Origin: Bdellovibrionota bacterium | GTDB lineage: Bacteria > Bdellovibrionota_C > UBA2361 > JAFLCA01 | Length of the DNA stretch: 64,000 nucleotides | NCBI GenBank assembly: GCA_044347745.1 | Contig: JBIKUD010000010.1 | Location: 11,741 to 75,740 of the forward strand | Direction: 5' to 3' | Shown: one piece after another, positions 46,844 through 57,700 of the stretch | Layout of the letters: every line of letters starts with the position of its first letter | How positions within the stretch are numbered: position 1 is the first letter of the stretch | Program-made: the position numbers and the translations under genes | Notes under the pieces: model-generated | Seen by the model: the letters and a program-made list of their open reading frames with translations, nothing else | Database searches by the model: none | What the model was told of the DNA's origin: nothing

Positions 46844-48682
46844 TTATTGCTCAAAATCGCGCACAAACAGCTCCTGGCGTAGGTACACAAATCGCGGCGT
46901 AATTGGGGGCAAATTAGCTGCGTTATTAAAGGCAGTTTCATAACTCCAAATTCGATTTGGCGCTGTGTAGTAATTTCCACCGTACACCCAAGCGCCATTT
47001 TGATGACGCGGACGATTTAAACTCACAAAAGATCCTCGATAGGTAAAGTTTCGGTTCGTCCAGTTCTCATGAAATCGGGGATAGTTTTCGAGTCCACCGT
47101 TATAAGCGCCGCCCTGTCCCCCGGCACCTTCAACACCGCCAGTAGTATCTGTTCCTGCAAGCACCGCGGCATTTACCGTGGAATCGGAAGCTACTCTACT
47201 GGCAAGTGCCAGCGCGGAAGTTCCGTTCCAACTGTTCGTATCTGCCCAGGCGGGAGAAAGCACATTAAAAGCGTCTGCCAAAAAAGCTGAAGGCAGCTTA
47301 TTTACGGTGTTGTAGTTGCCCATAACATAAAAAGCTTGGTTGCTTACCCAAGTTACACCGCGAATGGCCGGTGCACCGCCCACGTTTGAATGAAGGCGTT
47401 GAGAGTTTCGAACACGAACTCCATAGTTATTGGCAGCGCTATTTGACTGAGGTCCTTCAACTGCCAAGAAAATAACAAGCCCTCCCTGAGTAGAGTCTGA
47501 CAATAACTTTCCGCTTCCAAACCAATTACTCCGATGGAGGCAATTAAAGAGCGCAACCACATCTACATCAAGCATGCGAATTAGTTTTGCCTCGCGGTTG
47601 TTATAAAAGCTATTGGTATTTGCTATTGAACGACCGGAAATACTCCCCGAACATTGGACCATATTGGTGTTAATGGTGCTGGTGGCACTTGCATTCAGAG
47701 AATTATCCACATTTCGAACTTCAACCGCCGTAACTGCATTGGTGGTATCGGGAGTATTAGCGTTGGTTAACTTGAGAACTAAACGTAAATCAGCATTATC
47801 CCAATAGACCTGTCCCGGCGTTGGCTCCAAAACCTCTGGAGCAGGAACTTCAACCGGCGTAACCCCCATTTGAATCATCCCATTAAATGGAGTGAGCTGA
47901 TTTGGCTGAATTTGAACTCGAGTGGTGCAGGTTGGAACAAGCGTAGTTGCGACAGTGGGATTAAAAACCCGAACTAAATTTGAGTTGCAAAGGTTCTGAT
48001 TCTTTCGGCCTCGATATAAGTTACCAGCAGTAGACACCTGCCCCTGCATTATAAGTCCCGGATTTGGATTATCGGTATTCAGATACAAATCGCCATTGGT
48101 GTGCACCGGACCATTAAGCGTCATTGTTGGACCTGGCAATATTTCCAGATCTTTATTGTAAAATGCAGCAAATTGAAAAAGTGGCACCAATCGGCTTTTA
48201 AACTTTAACTCCAATTGTGCCGTCGTTCGATCTTCAATGGTTTGAGCGTTCGAAACCGCCGTATACCGGTATTCTTGCGCATTTAAATTTTGGTAAAGCT
48301 CACCTGGGGGAATAGTTATGTTTTGTGGATTTCCGGCTTCTTCCCTGACGTAGGTGACATTCGATTGATTGTTAAACGTAAAGGTTTGGCATGCAAAGTC
48401 ATTACTGCCGTTGTTACTTCCTGTGCAAGGGTTTGGTTCGGTCGGCCCAGGCCCAGTGGGCACATTATACCCGACAAATGTTTGGCGGATCGCTTCAGCG
48501 CGCACGTTAAGTCCAGCTTCCGCTGCATAAAAACCTTGCACACTCTCTTTGGACATTCGACTTGTGCCTATTTCCATGGACGAGGTGAATGTGTAGGCGC
48601 TGTATAATGCCAAAAGCACTGACATCATGAGCAGCACCGTGATGAGCACAAACCCATGTTCGTTACATTTTTTTGTGCACAT
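46844..48682 (-). CDS. PilX-like type IVa pilus minor pilin / assembly protein (612 aa)
   Basis: N-terminus HGFVLITVLLMMSVLLALYSAYTFTS matches the PilX N-terminal domain. The rest is a large Asn/Thr/Gly-rich extracellular region. It is the last gene of the minor-pilin operon. Confidence 0.6.
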   Translation of the reverse strand: MCTKKCNEHGFVLITVLLMMSVLLALYSAYTFTSSMEIGTSRMSKESVQGFYAAEAGLNVRAEAIRQTFVGYNVPTGPGPTEPNPCTGSNNGSNDFACQTFTFNNQSNVTYVREEAGNPQNITIPPGELYQNLNAQEYRYTAVSNAQTIEDRTTAQLELKFKSRLVPLFQFAAFYNKDLEILPGPTMTLNGPVHTNGDLYLNTDNPNPGLIMQGQVSTAGNLYRGRKNQNLCNSNLVRVFNPTVATTLVPTCTTRVQIQPNQLTPFNGMIQMGVTPVEVPAPEVLEPTPGQVYWDNADLRLVLKLTNANTPDTTNAVTAVEVRNVDNSLNASATSTINTNMVQCSGSISGRSIANTNSFYNNREAKLIRMLDVDVVALFNCLHRSNWFGSGKLLSDSTQGGLVIFLAVEGPQSNSAANNYGVRVRNSQRLHSNVGGAPAIRGVTWVSNQAFYVMGNYNTVNKLPSAFLADAFNVLSPAWADTNSWNGTSALALASRVASDSTVNAAVLAGTDTTGGVEGAGGQGGAYNGGLENYPRFHENWTNRNFTYRGSFVSLNRPRHQNGAWVYGGNYYTAPNRIWSYETAFNNAANLPPITPRFVYLRQELFVRDFEQ

Positions 48683-48692
48683 ATTCGCCTCT

Positions 48693-49586
48693 TTAATTCG
48701 ACAAAATATTTCTGGGAAAAAACCGCGCCGAAACAGTTCGACTCACTGGATCGGTTGCCACCGTGGCACTGCCTGTTAACGAAACTTCAATTGATGCAAT
48801 ATCTGTCCAATCATCAGTGGCAGCAAAGGCAGTAAGTACGGTCGCGTCCTGCATGGCTATTTGTATATCTAAATTAGTAAGCTCGTTGGCTACCGCAATT
48901 GGATTTGTGGTGTCTTGGTCGGTAATAATCTGTAGCACTCCATTCACCAGTCGATATCGCCACTCCTCAAGAAGGTAAATTGAAGATGCACCAACGGGAT
49001 AGGTATTAGCCCAAGTGCCTGCGCTTCGGACTATCTGAAAATCGTTGCTATTATTCTGCTCGCCAACAAAATCAAAAAACTCACCAATTCGACTAACCCG
49101 ATTATATATATACCCTTTAACGGAACCGCCGGTATTGGTGCGATAGGCGCTCCAGTTATTAAGGGCTGATAAATTAGAAGCAGTGTCACAGCCTGGCAGC
49201 GTCAGAGAATTGTCGGCTACCACCATGTTGGTAGTGCCACTCGCCGCTGTTATTTGCACACACACGTTAAAAACTTCATCTATCAGGTTACGCCGCACTA
49301 TGAGTTCATCAAAATTACCCGCCGTGCCGTCGATTAATTCTACGGCCGGAAACGTAGACGGTAAATTTTCTCCAGCTTCACGAATATCAATGCCCATAAT
49401 ATCAAGGGCACTGCGTAAGTTTTGATTTATGCGGGTGCGCACTAAGTCATAACGAAACAATCCACGGTTTGACATGGTCGCGCTTAAGGTCAGCGCCAGC
49501 ATAAGCATTCCCAGAAAGCTTACGACTAAAAGCTCAGTTAGGGTAAACCCTTTATCTGAGCCGAGTGAAGACAGTTTCAGTTTCAA
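48693..49586 (-). CDS. PilW-like minor pilin (prepilin-type N-terminal cleavage/methylation domain)
   Basis: The G|FTLTELLVVSFLGMLML class-III signal motif follows a 13 aa leader. Confidence 0.65.
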   Translation of the reverse strand: MKLKLSSLGSDKGFTLTELLVVSFLGMLMLALTLSATMSNRGLFRYDLVRTRINQNLRSALDIMGIDIREAGENLPSTFPAVELIDGTAGNFDELIVRRNLIDEVFNVCVQITAASGTTNMVVADNSLTLPGCDTASNLSALNNWSAYRTNTGGSVKGYIYNRVSRIGEFFDFVGEQNNSNDFQIVRSAGTWANTYPVGASSIYLLEEWRYRLVNGVLQIITDQDTTNPIAVANELTNLDIQIAMQDATVLTAFAATDDWTDIASIEVSLTGSATVATDPVSRTVSARFFPRNILSN

Positions 49587-49941
49587 AAACCATTCCTCCT
49601 AAATGGGACACTTGAATACGCAGATGTCGATTGGCCGCAGAGGCGCAAAAAGCCACCGTCACACAATAACTCGTTTGCACGGTAAAATTTTTATTGTCGA
49701 TAACAATCGTTTGCGAAGTGCTGCCCGAGGTAGGCAGCGCTCCTGGGTCTTGAAGTCTTAGTTCGTCAAGCGCCCGCTGGGCAGCGGCAACAGCTAAGGT
49801 GCGAATCTCTGCTTGGGTGCTGCGCTGCAAATGTCCCACATACGTACTTGCCATGGTGGCGGAGACAGTTAAAAAGAGCAGCAAAGACACCATTACCTCA
49901 AGTAAGGTAAATCCCCGCATATTTGTTTGTCGCATCTGCAT
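49552..49941 (-). CDS. PilV/GspI-like minor pilin
   Basis: MRG|FTLLEVMVSLLLFL prepilin motif. 129 aa. Overlaps the next gene by 35 nt. Confidence 0.65.
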   Translation of the reverse strand: MQMRQTNMRGFTLLEVMVSLLLFLTVSATMASTYVGHLQRSTQAEIRTLAVAAAQRALDELRLQDPGALPTSGSTSQTIVIDNKNFTVQTSYCVTVAFCASAANRHLRIQVSHLGGMVFETETVFTRLR

Positions 49942-49946
49942 AGGAG

Positions 49947-50390
49947 TTAACTTTGAGAAAGTTGCACACTGCCACCCAGAAACACTTCAATCGTGCGGCT
50001 TTGTGAGTGAATATCGTTTACTACTACTTGAGTGTTCGAGTCAGATAGTCCACGTGACGTAAAACAAACTACCCAGTTGGTGGCGCCTAGACTGGCTCCG
50101 GCTGGAAGATTTAGTGACAGAGTCGTATCGGTCACCGGCGCAGGATCCGCGCAGTTTACCCCACTTTGGGTCACAATTTGTGTGCTCGAGGTTGGCACAA
50201 TAAAATAGGCTGATGTGGAAGAGATGGCCCGAGCTCTGGCTTGCTTAAATAATCCCAGCAGCGATGCGGCTGCGTTTTCAGATGGATTGCTTAAGGCGTT
50301 TAAATTCATAATGGCAATTCCCGCCATTATTCCCGAAAGCGCCATCACGACTATCAGCTCGAAAATAGTAAATCCGCGTTCATTTCGCAT
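49947..50390 (-). CDS. FimT/FimU/GspH-like minor pilin
   Basis: MRNERG|FTIFELIVVMALSGIMAGIAI prepilin motif. I chose the internal ATG (6 aa leader) over the listed TTG at 50465 (31 aa leader). Confidence 0.6.
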   Translation of the reverse strand: MRNERGFTIFELIVVMALSGIMAGIAIMNLNALSNPSENAAASLLGLFKQARARAISSTSAYFIVPTSSTQIVTQSGVNCADPAPVTDTTLSLNLPAGASLGATNWVVCFTSRGLSDSNTQVVVNDIHSQSRTIEVFLGGSVQLSQS

Positions 50391-50722
50391 GAACAATTTT
50401 TTAACCTCTTGTTCCACAACCTGTAAGCTCCAAGGCCGGCTCAATTCGGCCAAAAGACCTTTCAACCACCTGCAAAGGAATGCAAGTGCCTCTCCAGTCC
50501 TGACAAGCAGCCCGTTCCAATAAATTCAACATGTTAGCCTGCTTCGCATTTAGCCGCTTAGGTATACGTCGACCACTTTGCGCAATTATTGCAGGGCAAA
50601 ACGCATCTGGACGCTCGGGTTTCACATCTTTAGGTTAGGAGTAAGCACTTGAAGTATTCAGAAATTTTGCAAATCAGCCGATTACCCAATGTAACGGATC
50701 ATTTAACGGAGATCCGTAACCC

Positions 50723-51910
50723 ATGAGGCGTCGTCCACAGGAGAAATCAAAACGCGCGATAGCAATGACGAAGCCGCTTTTGTCGCCCGTCAGCGACGTT
50801 GGCATAGTGCTTTCGGGCGGTGGCGCACGCGCAGCGTATCAGGTTGGAGCACTTCGAGCGCTTCAGCCTTACTTTGAAAAAACAAACACTCCAATTTCAG
50901 TAATCATTGGCAGCAGCATCGGCGCCATAAACGGCCTAATTCTTGGCGCATGTATTAAAAAGGGCTACGGCGAAGCAATTGAGCAATTAGACGCGATGTG
51001 GAGGGAACGCACCTTCCGCAACACCTTTGCAGGAGCTCCTTCTGCCGCATTTTTTCGAGCTATTAAACTAGCGGTTGTGCAGTACCTGGCCCCTGGTCCA
51101 AATGCAACCTCAGCGGCTGTTTTCGATCCGACACCACTTATGAATCGGGTAGACCAGGTGATTAACGATTTTGGTGGATTAACTCCTGAAGCCCGCGCGC
51201 CCACACTGCAAGCCGTTGCGGTCATGACGACTATTGAAGGTAGCGAACGAAAACCTCTTATATTCATGAGCTCACATAAGCAAATGGATGCAGCCACTAT
51301 GGAAGGCGCTTCTTTTGATGTGTGTTATGTTGACTCTTTGTCAGCCAAACATGGCTTTGCTTCTGCTGCACTGCCGTCAGTGCTGCCTCCGGTAGAACTG
51401 GACACCGACAAAGGGAAAGTGAGACTTGTGGATGGGGGCATTTCTCAAAATGTACCCGTAGACCCGGCAGTCAGACTAGGCGCGCATCGGGTGATTGTAG
51501 TTGATATTTCCGGACGAAGCTGGTGGCTTGATCACTACGGCGAAGCACATGACACTCGCCCAACTTGGGAAGTACCAGCAGGACTAAAGACCTACTGCTT
51601 AAGACCGCCTGATACCTTTGTTGCTCGCAACAACACAGCTTTAGGGCCTCTATTAAAAGATGCAGTCAAAGGCTCAACCGGTAAATTTATTAACGCCGTA
51701 GGCCCTGTTTGGCCAGTGTTCTCGCTTCTCAAGAAAAAACTGGGCGAAGAAATAGCGTATGAGGTTATGTCGTACGTTGCGCTCGACCCCGACTACATCG
51801 GAGCGTTAATTGAAGCTGGGTATCAAGAAACGACAAAACTTCTGAAAAATAAGTCTGATCTTGAGTTCGCTCATAACGAGTCATTTGAGCAAATGGTTAA
51901 GATGCTTTAA
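50723..51910 (+). CDS. patatin-like phospholipase
   Basis: Oxyanion GGGARAAYQVG, nucleophile GSSIGA (GxSxG), and catalytic Asp in LVDGGISQNVP (DGG). Confidence 0.85.
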   Translation: MRRRPQEKSKRAIAMTKPLLSPVSDVGIVLSGGGARAAYQVGALRALQPYFEKTNTPISVIIGSSIGAINGLILGACIKKGYGEAIEQLDAMWRERTFRNTFAGAPSAAFFRAIKLAVVQYLAPGPNATSAAVFDPTPLMNRVDQVINDFGGLTPEARAPTLQAVAVMTTIEGSERKPLIFMSSHKQMDAATMEGASFDVCYVDSLSAKHGFASAALPSVLPPVELDTDKGKVRLVDGGISQNVPVDPAVRLGAHRVIVVDISGRSWWLDHYGEAHDTRPTWEVPAGLKTYCLRPPDTFVARNNTALGPLLKDAVKGSTGKFINAVGPVWPVFSLLKKKLGEEIAYEVMSYVALDPDYIGALIEAGYQETTKLLKNKSDLEFAHNESFEQMVKML

Positions 51911-52554
51911 GGGCTAGGCGCCTTTTCTTCGGACTTACCTCGACGCTGCGGCGCACGCGCCGGCACTTCGTAAAACTCTACTATTATTTCACTCAGCTTG
52001 CTTTCATACGCCTGCTCGCTCAATTCTACTTGCCAAGCTGTTGGAAATCGTAAACTCATTTCTCTCGATTGCTGCAATAAATATTCGGAGGCTTGGGGTG
52101 TGGTCACCAGCAGCACTGGACAACGAACTCGCTGCATTAATGATCGCGCATCAAAATCAGAGGTACGTAGTCGTAACGGCAAACCCAAGGGCAAAAACTG
52201 CTCGAGCCAATCGGCACATCGTGTCAGTAAGGTTGAATGCGGCCGCATGGCAGAATCTATCAAGGCCACAACTCGAACTAATTTTGCATCTAGCAAGCAC
52301 ATATTAAGTGCCAACGTGCCGGCAGCGCCAATTGCCACTATTGAGGTTTGTCGTATTCCCTGCTCGCGCATTACATTTTTTAGGTCTGAGGTTAATACCT
52401 TCCAGTTGTCAGCACGCACCATGCCTGTTTCAATAATCAAACACTTTGCACATTTTGCTAATGCGTCTTGCAAACGCTGCGCCGCAACAAACGTCCCGTC
52501 CTCCACCAGGAGCATAAATGAACGCCCCTGCCCTTTTTCTGAACAAACTCTCAT
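51907..52554 (-). CDS. hypothetical protein, possibly a degenerate alpha/beta-hydrolase fold
   Basis: SIVAIGAAGTLALN looks like a nucleophile elbow with Ala in place of Ser. CPVLLVTTPQ resembles the C-terminal beta-strand. It overlaps the patatin stop by 4 nt on the opposite strand. Weak evidence. Confidence 0.4.
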   Translation of the reverse strand: MRVCSEKGQGRSFMLLVEDGTFVAAQRLQDALAKCAKCLIIETGMVRADNWKVLTSDLKNVMREQGIRQTSIVAIGAAGTLALNMCLLDAKLVRVVALIDSAMRPHSTLLTRCADWLEQFLPLGLPLRLRTSDFDARSLMQRVRCPVLLVTTPQASEYLLQQSREMSLRFPTAWQVELSEQAYESKLSEIIVEFYEVPARAPQRRGKSEEKAPSP

Positions 52555-52644
52555 ATCTCAATCGAACTCGCGAAAGCGTCCACTTGTCAAGCCATTTGTC
52601 CAAATAAAACCTCTTTAAGACTGAGCACTTGAAGGCGGCATTGT

Positions 52645-53118
52645 GTGCTAGCCCAATTTGATCTAGCCCTCAAATTATGCAAATCTGAAAGGGTCGAACT
52701 GAGAGAAACGCGCCGGTCTGTTTTGACGTTTTGCGGTTACTCAGATTCTTGTTTGTGTGAACGATACATCTCGATCACCCAGTTGGCAAAACGCATGATT
52801 GGAAAACCCGGACCATTCCAAATAATTGAAAGCGACGGAAGCGGTCTTGTCGATTCGCCGATGAGTCCCCCGCGTCGCAGGTACGAGTGCACCAACTACG
52901 CCACCTGCCTAGACCTAGCAGCCGCGCTTAATTGGGATAACTTCACCTGTCGCGGATGCTGTGGAGAGATTGATGAAACCCTCTATTGGCGCGCGCATCA
53001 AGCAAGCAAAAAAGATTCAGTCGCTAACTCGCTGTGTGAAATTCCAAACATCAATTACGTGGCCACTCCGAGCGAAGGTAATCCCGCTCCAGTATTGAAG
53101 CTCGTCTCAAAGCGTTAA
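52645..53118 (+). CDS. small Cys-rich hypothetical protein
   Basis: C..C...CxxCC spacing (TNYATCLDLAAALNWDNFTCRGCCGEID) suggests metal binding. It ends 2 nt before the next gene. The true start is uncertain. Confidence 0.35.
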   Translation: MLAQFDLALKLCKSERVELRETRRSVLTFCGYSDSCLCERYISITQLAKRMIGKPGPFQIIESDGSGLVDSPMSPPRRRYECTNYATCLDLAAALNWDNFTCRGCCGEIDETLYWRAHQASKKDSVANSLCEIPNINYVATPSEGNPAPVLKLVSKR

Positions 53119-53120
53119 AC

Positions 53121-54722
53121 GTGAAATTTATTCACAGCCTTTTCGTCTTTTTACTGCTGAGCGGCTGTTATGTCCTGCTTTTGTTCCCCGCCTCCCCATT
53201 TCCGGTCAGCGGTTATATCGGGCGCAGCGGCGATGAGCTACAGGCAGCTTGGAACATGTGGTGGGTAAGCTTTGCACTGGAACAAGGCCTAAGCCCTTTT
53301 AAGACCCTATTTCTTCATGCGCCCCTTGGAATTGAATTTTGGGGGCAACCGCTAGCAGCGCCTCATGGCATATTTTACTTCCTCACTAAATCGATGCTGA
53401 GTTTGCCACAGGCCTACAACACCCTTGTCTACCTTGGATTCGCGTTAACGGGGCTTTTCGCATATTGGCTGGGGCGCGACCTAGGGTTAAAGCCCGTCTT
53501 CGCCTTTTTGGCAGCTTATTTTACAAGCTTTTCGAACTTTCACTTTCAACATCTGCATGGCCACTTAGAGTTTATCTCTATGCAATGGCTGTTGCTCTAC
53601 ATGGTTTTTCTGCATCGACTTTTCACCCAGCCCACCTTGTCTGTCGCCGTCGTTGCAGCCCTCGCGCTTACCCTAGTTACCATCTCGAATTCCTACTACG
53701 CAGTTAGCGCAGTGCTTGTTTCGGTCTGCTTTAGTCTAACTTTCTTGAGAAAATTACCTGAACTTTTCACTCGTCAGCCACTCGCCTGGGTGTTATTCGG
53801 AACACTCGCTGTAGGACTCTGCGGAACCTACGCCCTTAGTTTTTTTGAGTATACGAGAGATAACCCGCTTTTGCCCGGGCACTCAGTCGCTCTTGGCTCG
53901 CTACACCCCAGTAGCATTTTTGTGCCGGGACAATTTTGGCGCTGGGGGCAAATAACTCAAAGTGTTTGGAGCCTGCAACCTGGCTACACTTTTGAGCACA
54001 GCGTCAGCCTCGGGTTCGCACTGGTTGGGCTTATTTCCTACGCGGCTTTGTCGCGACAAATTGAATCACCAGCCAAGAAAGCCTTAGGTTGGTATTTTTT
54101 ATTTTCACTTGGACTCGCGTTAGGACCAAAATTATTTATACAGGGCGAATGGCGGGACTTTCCTTTACCCTTTGATATCCTGGATTTCATCCTTCCCTTT
54201 TCCTCGCTTTCCGGTGTTCCTGTGCGCTTGTTTGCGGGGGCCGGCATTGCTGGTGCTTTTTTGGCTGCCTTTGGTGCTCAGCAGCTTTATTTTAAAAAGC
54301 GCTACCTTGTTTTAAGCATCTTAATGCTGCTGGCATGTATTGAGCAGACTCCAAAAGCTCCAGAAATTAGCCACTGGAAGGCTCCCGCGTATGCGGAGAT
54401 ACTAAAGTCCCTGCCAATTAAACATACCCAAATAGTGGCCGACTTAGTCTCAAAAGGTGGAGATCAACTCGCAGCACAAACAGTCTATAAAAAGCCTATG
54501 TTATTTGGGTACACCGCTCGTATCAGTAAACAAATTGATGCTCAGAATAGAACTTTTAGAAAACTGCTTGGTCGTGAATATCTAACTGCGCTCTGTGAGA
54601 TTGTGCCGCTAGCCTATATTGCTGCTCCAAACTCGCGCTTTCGCGCTTCCATTCGAAGCGAGCAAATAGTGTATGAGGACGCCGAAAATTATATTTTCAA
54701 GCCTTGTGTGGACGCAGATTAA
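53121..54722 (+). CDS. polytopic integral membrane protein (GT-C-like / hypothetical)
   Basis: At least ten hydrophobic helices, aromatic-rich. No soluble domain recognised. Confidence 0.55.
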   Translation: MKFIHSLFVFLLLSGCYVLLLFPASPFPVSGYIGRSGDELQAAWNMWWVSFALEQGLSPFKTLFLHAPLGIEFWGQPLAAPHGIFYFLTKSMLSLPQAYNTLVYLGFALTGLFAYWLGRDLGLKPVFAFLAAYFTSFSNFHFQHLHGHLEFISMQWLLLYMVFLHRLFTQPTLSVAVVAALALTLVTISNSYYAVSAVLVSVCFSLTFLRKLPELFTRQPLAWVLFGTLAVGLCGTYALSFFEYTRDNPLLPGHSVALGSLHPSSIFVPGQFWRWGQITQSVWSLQPGYTFEHSVSLGFALVGLISYAALSRQIESPAKKALGWYFLFSLGLALGPKLFIQGEWRDFPLPFDILDFILPFSSLSGVPVRLFAGAGIAGAFLAAFGAQQLYFKKRYLVLSILMLLACIEQTPKAPEISHWKAPAYAEILKSLPIKHTQIVADLVSKGGDQLAAQTVYKKPMLFGYTARISKQIDAQNRTFRKLLGREYLTALCEIVPLAYIAAPNSRFRASIRSEQIVYEDAENYIFKPCVDAD

Positions 54723-57700
54723 ATTGAATTGGAACAAACCGCTCCCAGAAGAATTTTTCCTCTCGCCTTGGCAACTTTGCGCTCATTTTTTAGCTTAGAA
54801 ACGGCTAATTTCGCCGCATTAATTTTGGCAGTGGCATTTTTGAGAGTTGCGCGACGGGCTTTAAGTGATCGCAATTTCTTTTGAGCGTTGTCGAGCTCTT
54901 TCTCCAAAGCGCTTTTACCCTTCGGCGAAACCCTGCCGTCTATCACAAATTGCAGAGACTCTGACAAAGCCGAAACACCAAATTCAGTGAGTAATGCGGC
55001 CTGATGATGCAACGCGACGTTACGTGCTTGGCGGCAGGAACGTGGAACTTCAAGATCTACTCTCGCCCGAACTTGACCGGCCCGAGCGGCTGTAAACAAG
55101 CCCTGCAAATTTGAGAGGCTTATATTGGTATACCCGTCTAAGTTTAGTGAAACATGGAGATTGCCCAACAAAAACCCAGGGTTTTTACCTGACTTTGAAC
55201 CAGCGATAAGATACTGCGGAGACTCACCAACTGCACCGCTCGCAGCAAGGTTAAGTCTTACAATGGCCCCAGGACCAACTCGCCTTTCACCTCGCTTCAG
55301 TGAAATAAGTGCGGCACCTCCGCCAGAGCCCGGACCAGAAACGCCACCGCCAGGTGGTGTAGGTTCAGGGGTCGGCGTTGGTGCTGGTGTGGGGAAAGAA
55401 CCATACCCAGGGCCACGACGCGGGTTAGATGCGGTTTGGCACTCGGCCACTATTTGCATCAATGTCTTTTTATAACTCTGCCGGTTGCCCGCTTGGTCTT
55501 CAGCCAGTACTTCGACGATATCATCTGAGTTTTGCAATTGTGCAACTTCATTAAATACATGGAACCCATTCGGCAAGCCTCCGCTTGGCGCAATCTGCAC
55601 ATTTATTCCGGGTCCGGTTATTGCCAGTCGGGCAATTTTACCAGAGTTGTCCCAGAATCCGACCTTAAGACCACCTGAGACACTACATGTTGGATGATTC
55701 GCAAGTGTTCCGCTAACGGACGGATGCATGCGATCAAAACTTGAAGGCATGGTGCTGGCATAAGAAGCGTTGGTTGGATATTCAGCCTCACGCCGTGCAC
55801 CAGTCTCAATCCAGTGACAAAGTTCGTACACAAAATCGGCTGCTTCTTGAGCATCAGGTCTTGTTCCGCTGCAAAGCCCTAGGCCAGCATGAGGGCCTTC
55901 GGTAAAGAAGAATTCAAGTGCCGCGTTCTGTGGATTAGCGACCGGATCATAAAAAGTGTTGTCACGGCCATCCATACGTTCACCACGCGCCGCCCAGCAA
56001 AGTTGGCTCGACAACGGTCCTAAAATAGTCGAATAAAAGCGGCGACGCCCATGTCTGTCTGGGGGATTAGAAATTGCTTGGAACGTATTTTCTGCATTCG
56101 AAACTACAAAAGCTCCAGCACCGCTTTGTCCGCTGGCGTGACAACTTCCACAATACTGATTAAATTTCTGAAAAAGACTGCTGTTGTCTCCCCATACTGG
56201 AGATTTACGCGTAGGCACATTTTCTACCGCAAATGTAGGCGTGCACTGAGAATCATACTTAATGTACGGGGTGTATCGCAGCAAATCAACTTGCGGATAG
56301 GTCGGCTGCGCTGCGGCTTTGTCGTTCCAAGAAAGGCCCTTGTTTGGCTGGTGATTATGACAGCCTCCACAACTTACTCGAATTTCACCCGCAGCCAAAT
56401 CGTGCCAGCTAGGCATGTCCATAAGCGCGAGGCCATAACGCTTATCAAGCGCTTGCCATTTAAGCGGTTGTTTTGCAGGCACCAATGCCGCAAAGGAGGT
56501 GTCATTTGGATTTCCTCCAATCATATTGGCAGCAGGCACCACACCAAGCATTTCAATTGCCTCTTTTCGTTCTGCGGTGGGATTGAGGCGTGTCGGATCG
56601 GTTTTATTGTCGGTGACGTAGAGCATAATCCCCAACACATCATTGGGATTAAGTGGATTTTCGCAAACAGAGTCAGGATGGGTTGGAGAAAGTTTGGCGT
56701 GGTCTCGAACCCATCCCAGCGGCGCAGAAGCCGACAAACTATTCTGCATCAAAACTGGGTCAGTTAATGTTCGAGTGCTGAATTTTGGAGGATTCGTGCG
56801 GATAATACATTCTGGTGGGGTTCTATCGGTATTATGAATGGCTGAACTTCCTACTTCTGCGACTGGCATCCCATCAACCGATGATGGCGGAAGAGATACC
56901 ACAGCAGGTACGCCAAATCGCTGCTGATGTGATACCCCAATTACTCGCGGATGAATAAGACTATAGAGTCCACTCGAATCTTCAATCACCTTGCGATAGA
57001 CATTTGGGTCCTGGGGATCAAGTTCTTGAGGTTGCCCTGCTCCATCCAAAAGCCCTTGCCTCAGCACAATATGGGAGCGGTAGAGTCCTTGGTTTCCGTA
57101 CAGTGCCTTACAGTCGTCAGTAGCTAACCTATGATTTGCGCACGTTGGCGAATAAGCTGCAAAAAGCTCTCCGGGTAGGCCACAACTTGGAGTTGTAAAT
57201 TTGCCGATAAGCTGCAAATTGCCACTTCCCGAGGGAATTTGAATTGCTGAGGATTCGTCCTCAAAGCCTCGCACAAATTGCGTCAAATTATTTTCGTTTA
57301 GTTGTTTGGGGACATGCACACCCGCTTGCAGTGCAAAATTCTGATTGAGTCCCTGTGTAATGGTGCGCACCCCACGCAAAGCACCAAATCCGTTGTTATT
57401 GCCCACATAATACACATTAGATACCCACACATCTGAGGTGCCAGACGCGTCGTTCGGCTGGTTGGGACAAAGCGCACCAAGGTGAAATGAAATAGCTGAC
57501 GAGGCCCCATATCCGTGTAGTGGTGCCCAACGCCCTGCTGAATCAATCGATTGAATACTCCACTTGCGAACGTCAGTAGTTCGTTCTTGATACGAGACCG
57601 CGACTCCATCACGTAGATTGGTCGGACTCAGCACCGATGTTGTCGTAAAATATTTAAATTGATTGGTAACCCCAAGGGTTCCATTAGGGTTAATGAGGCT

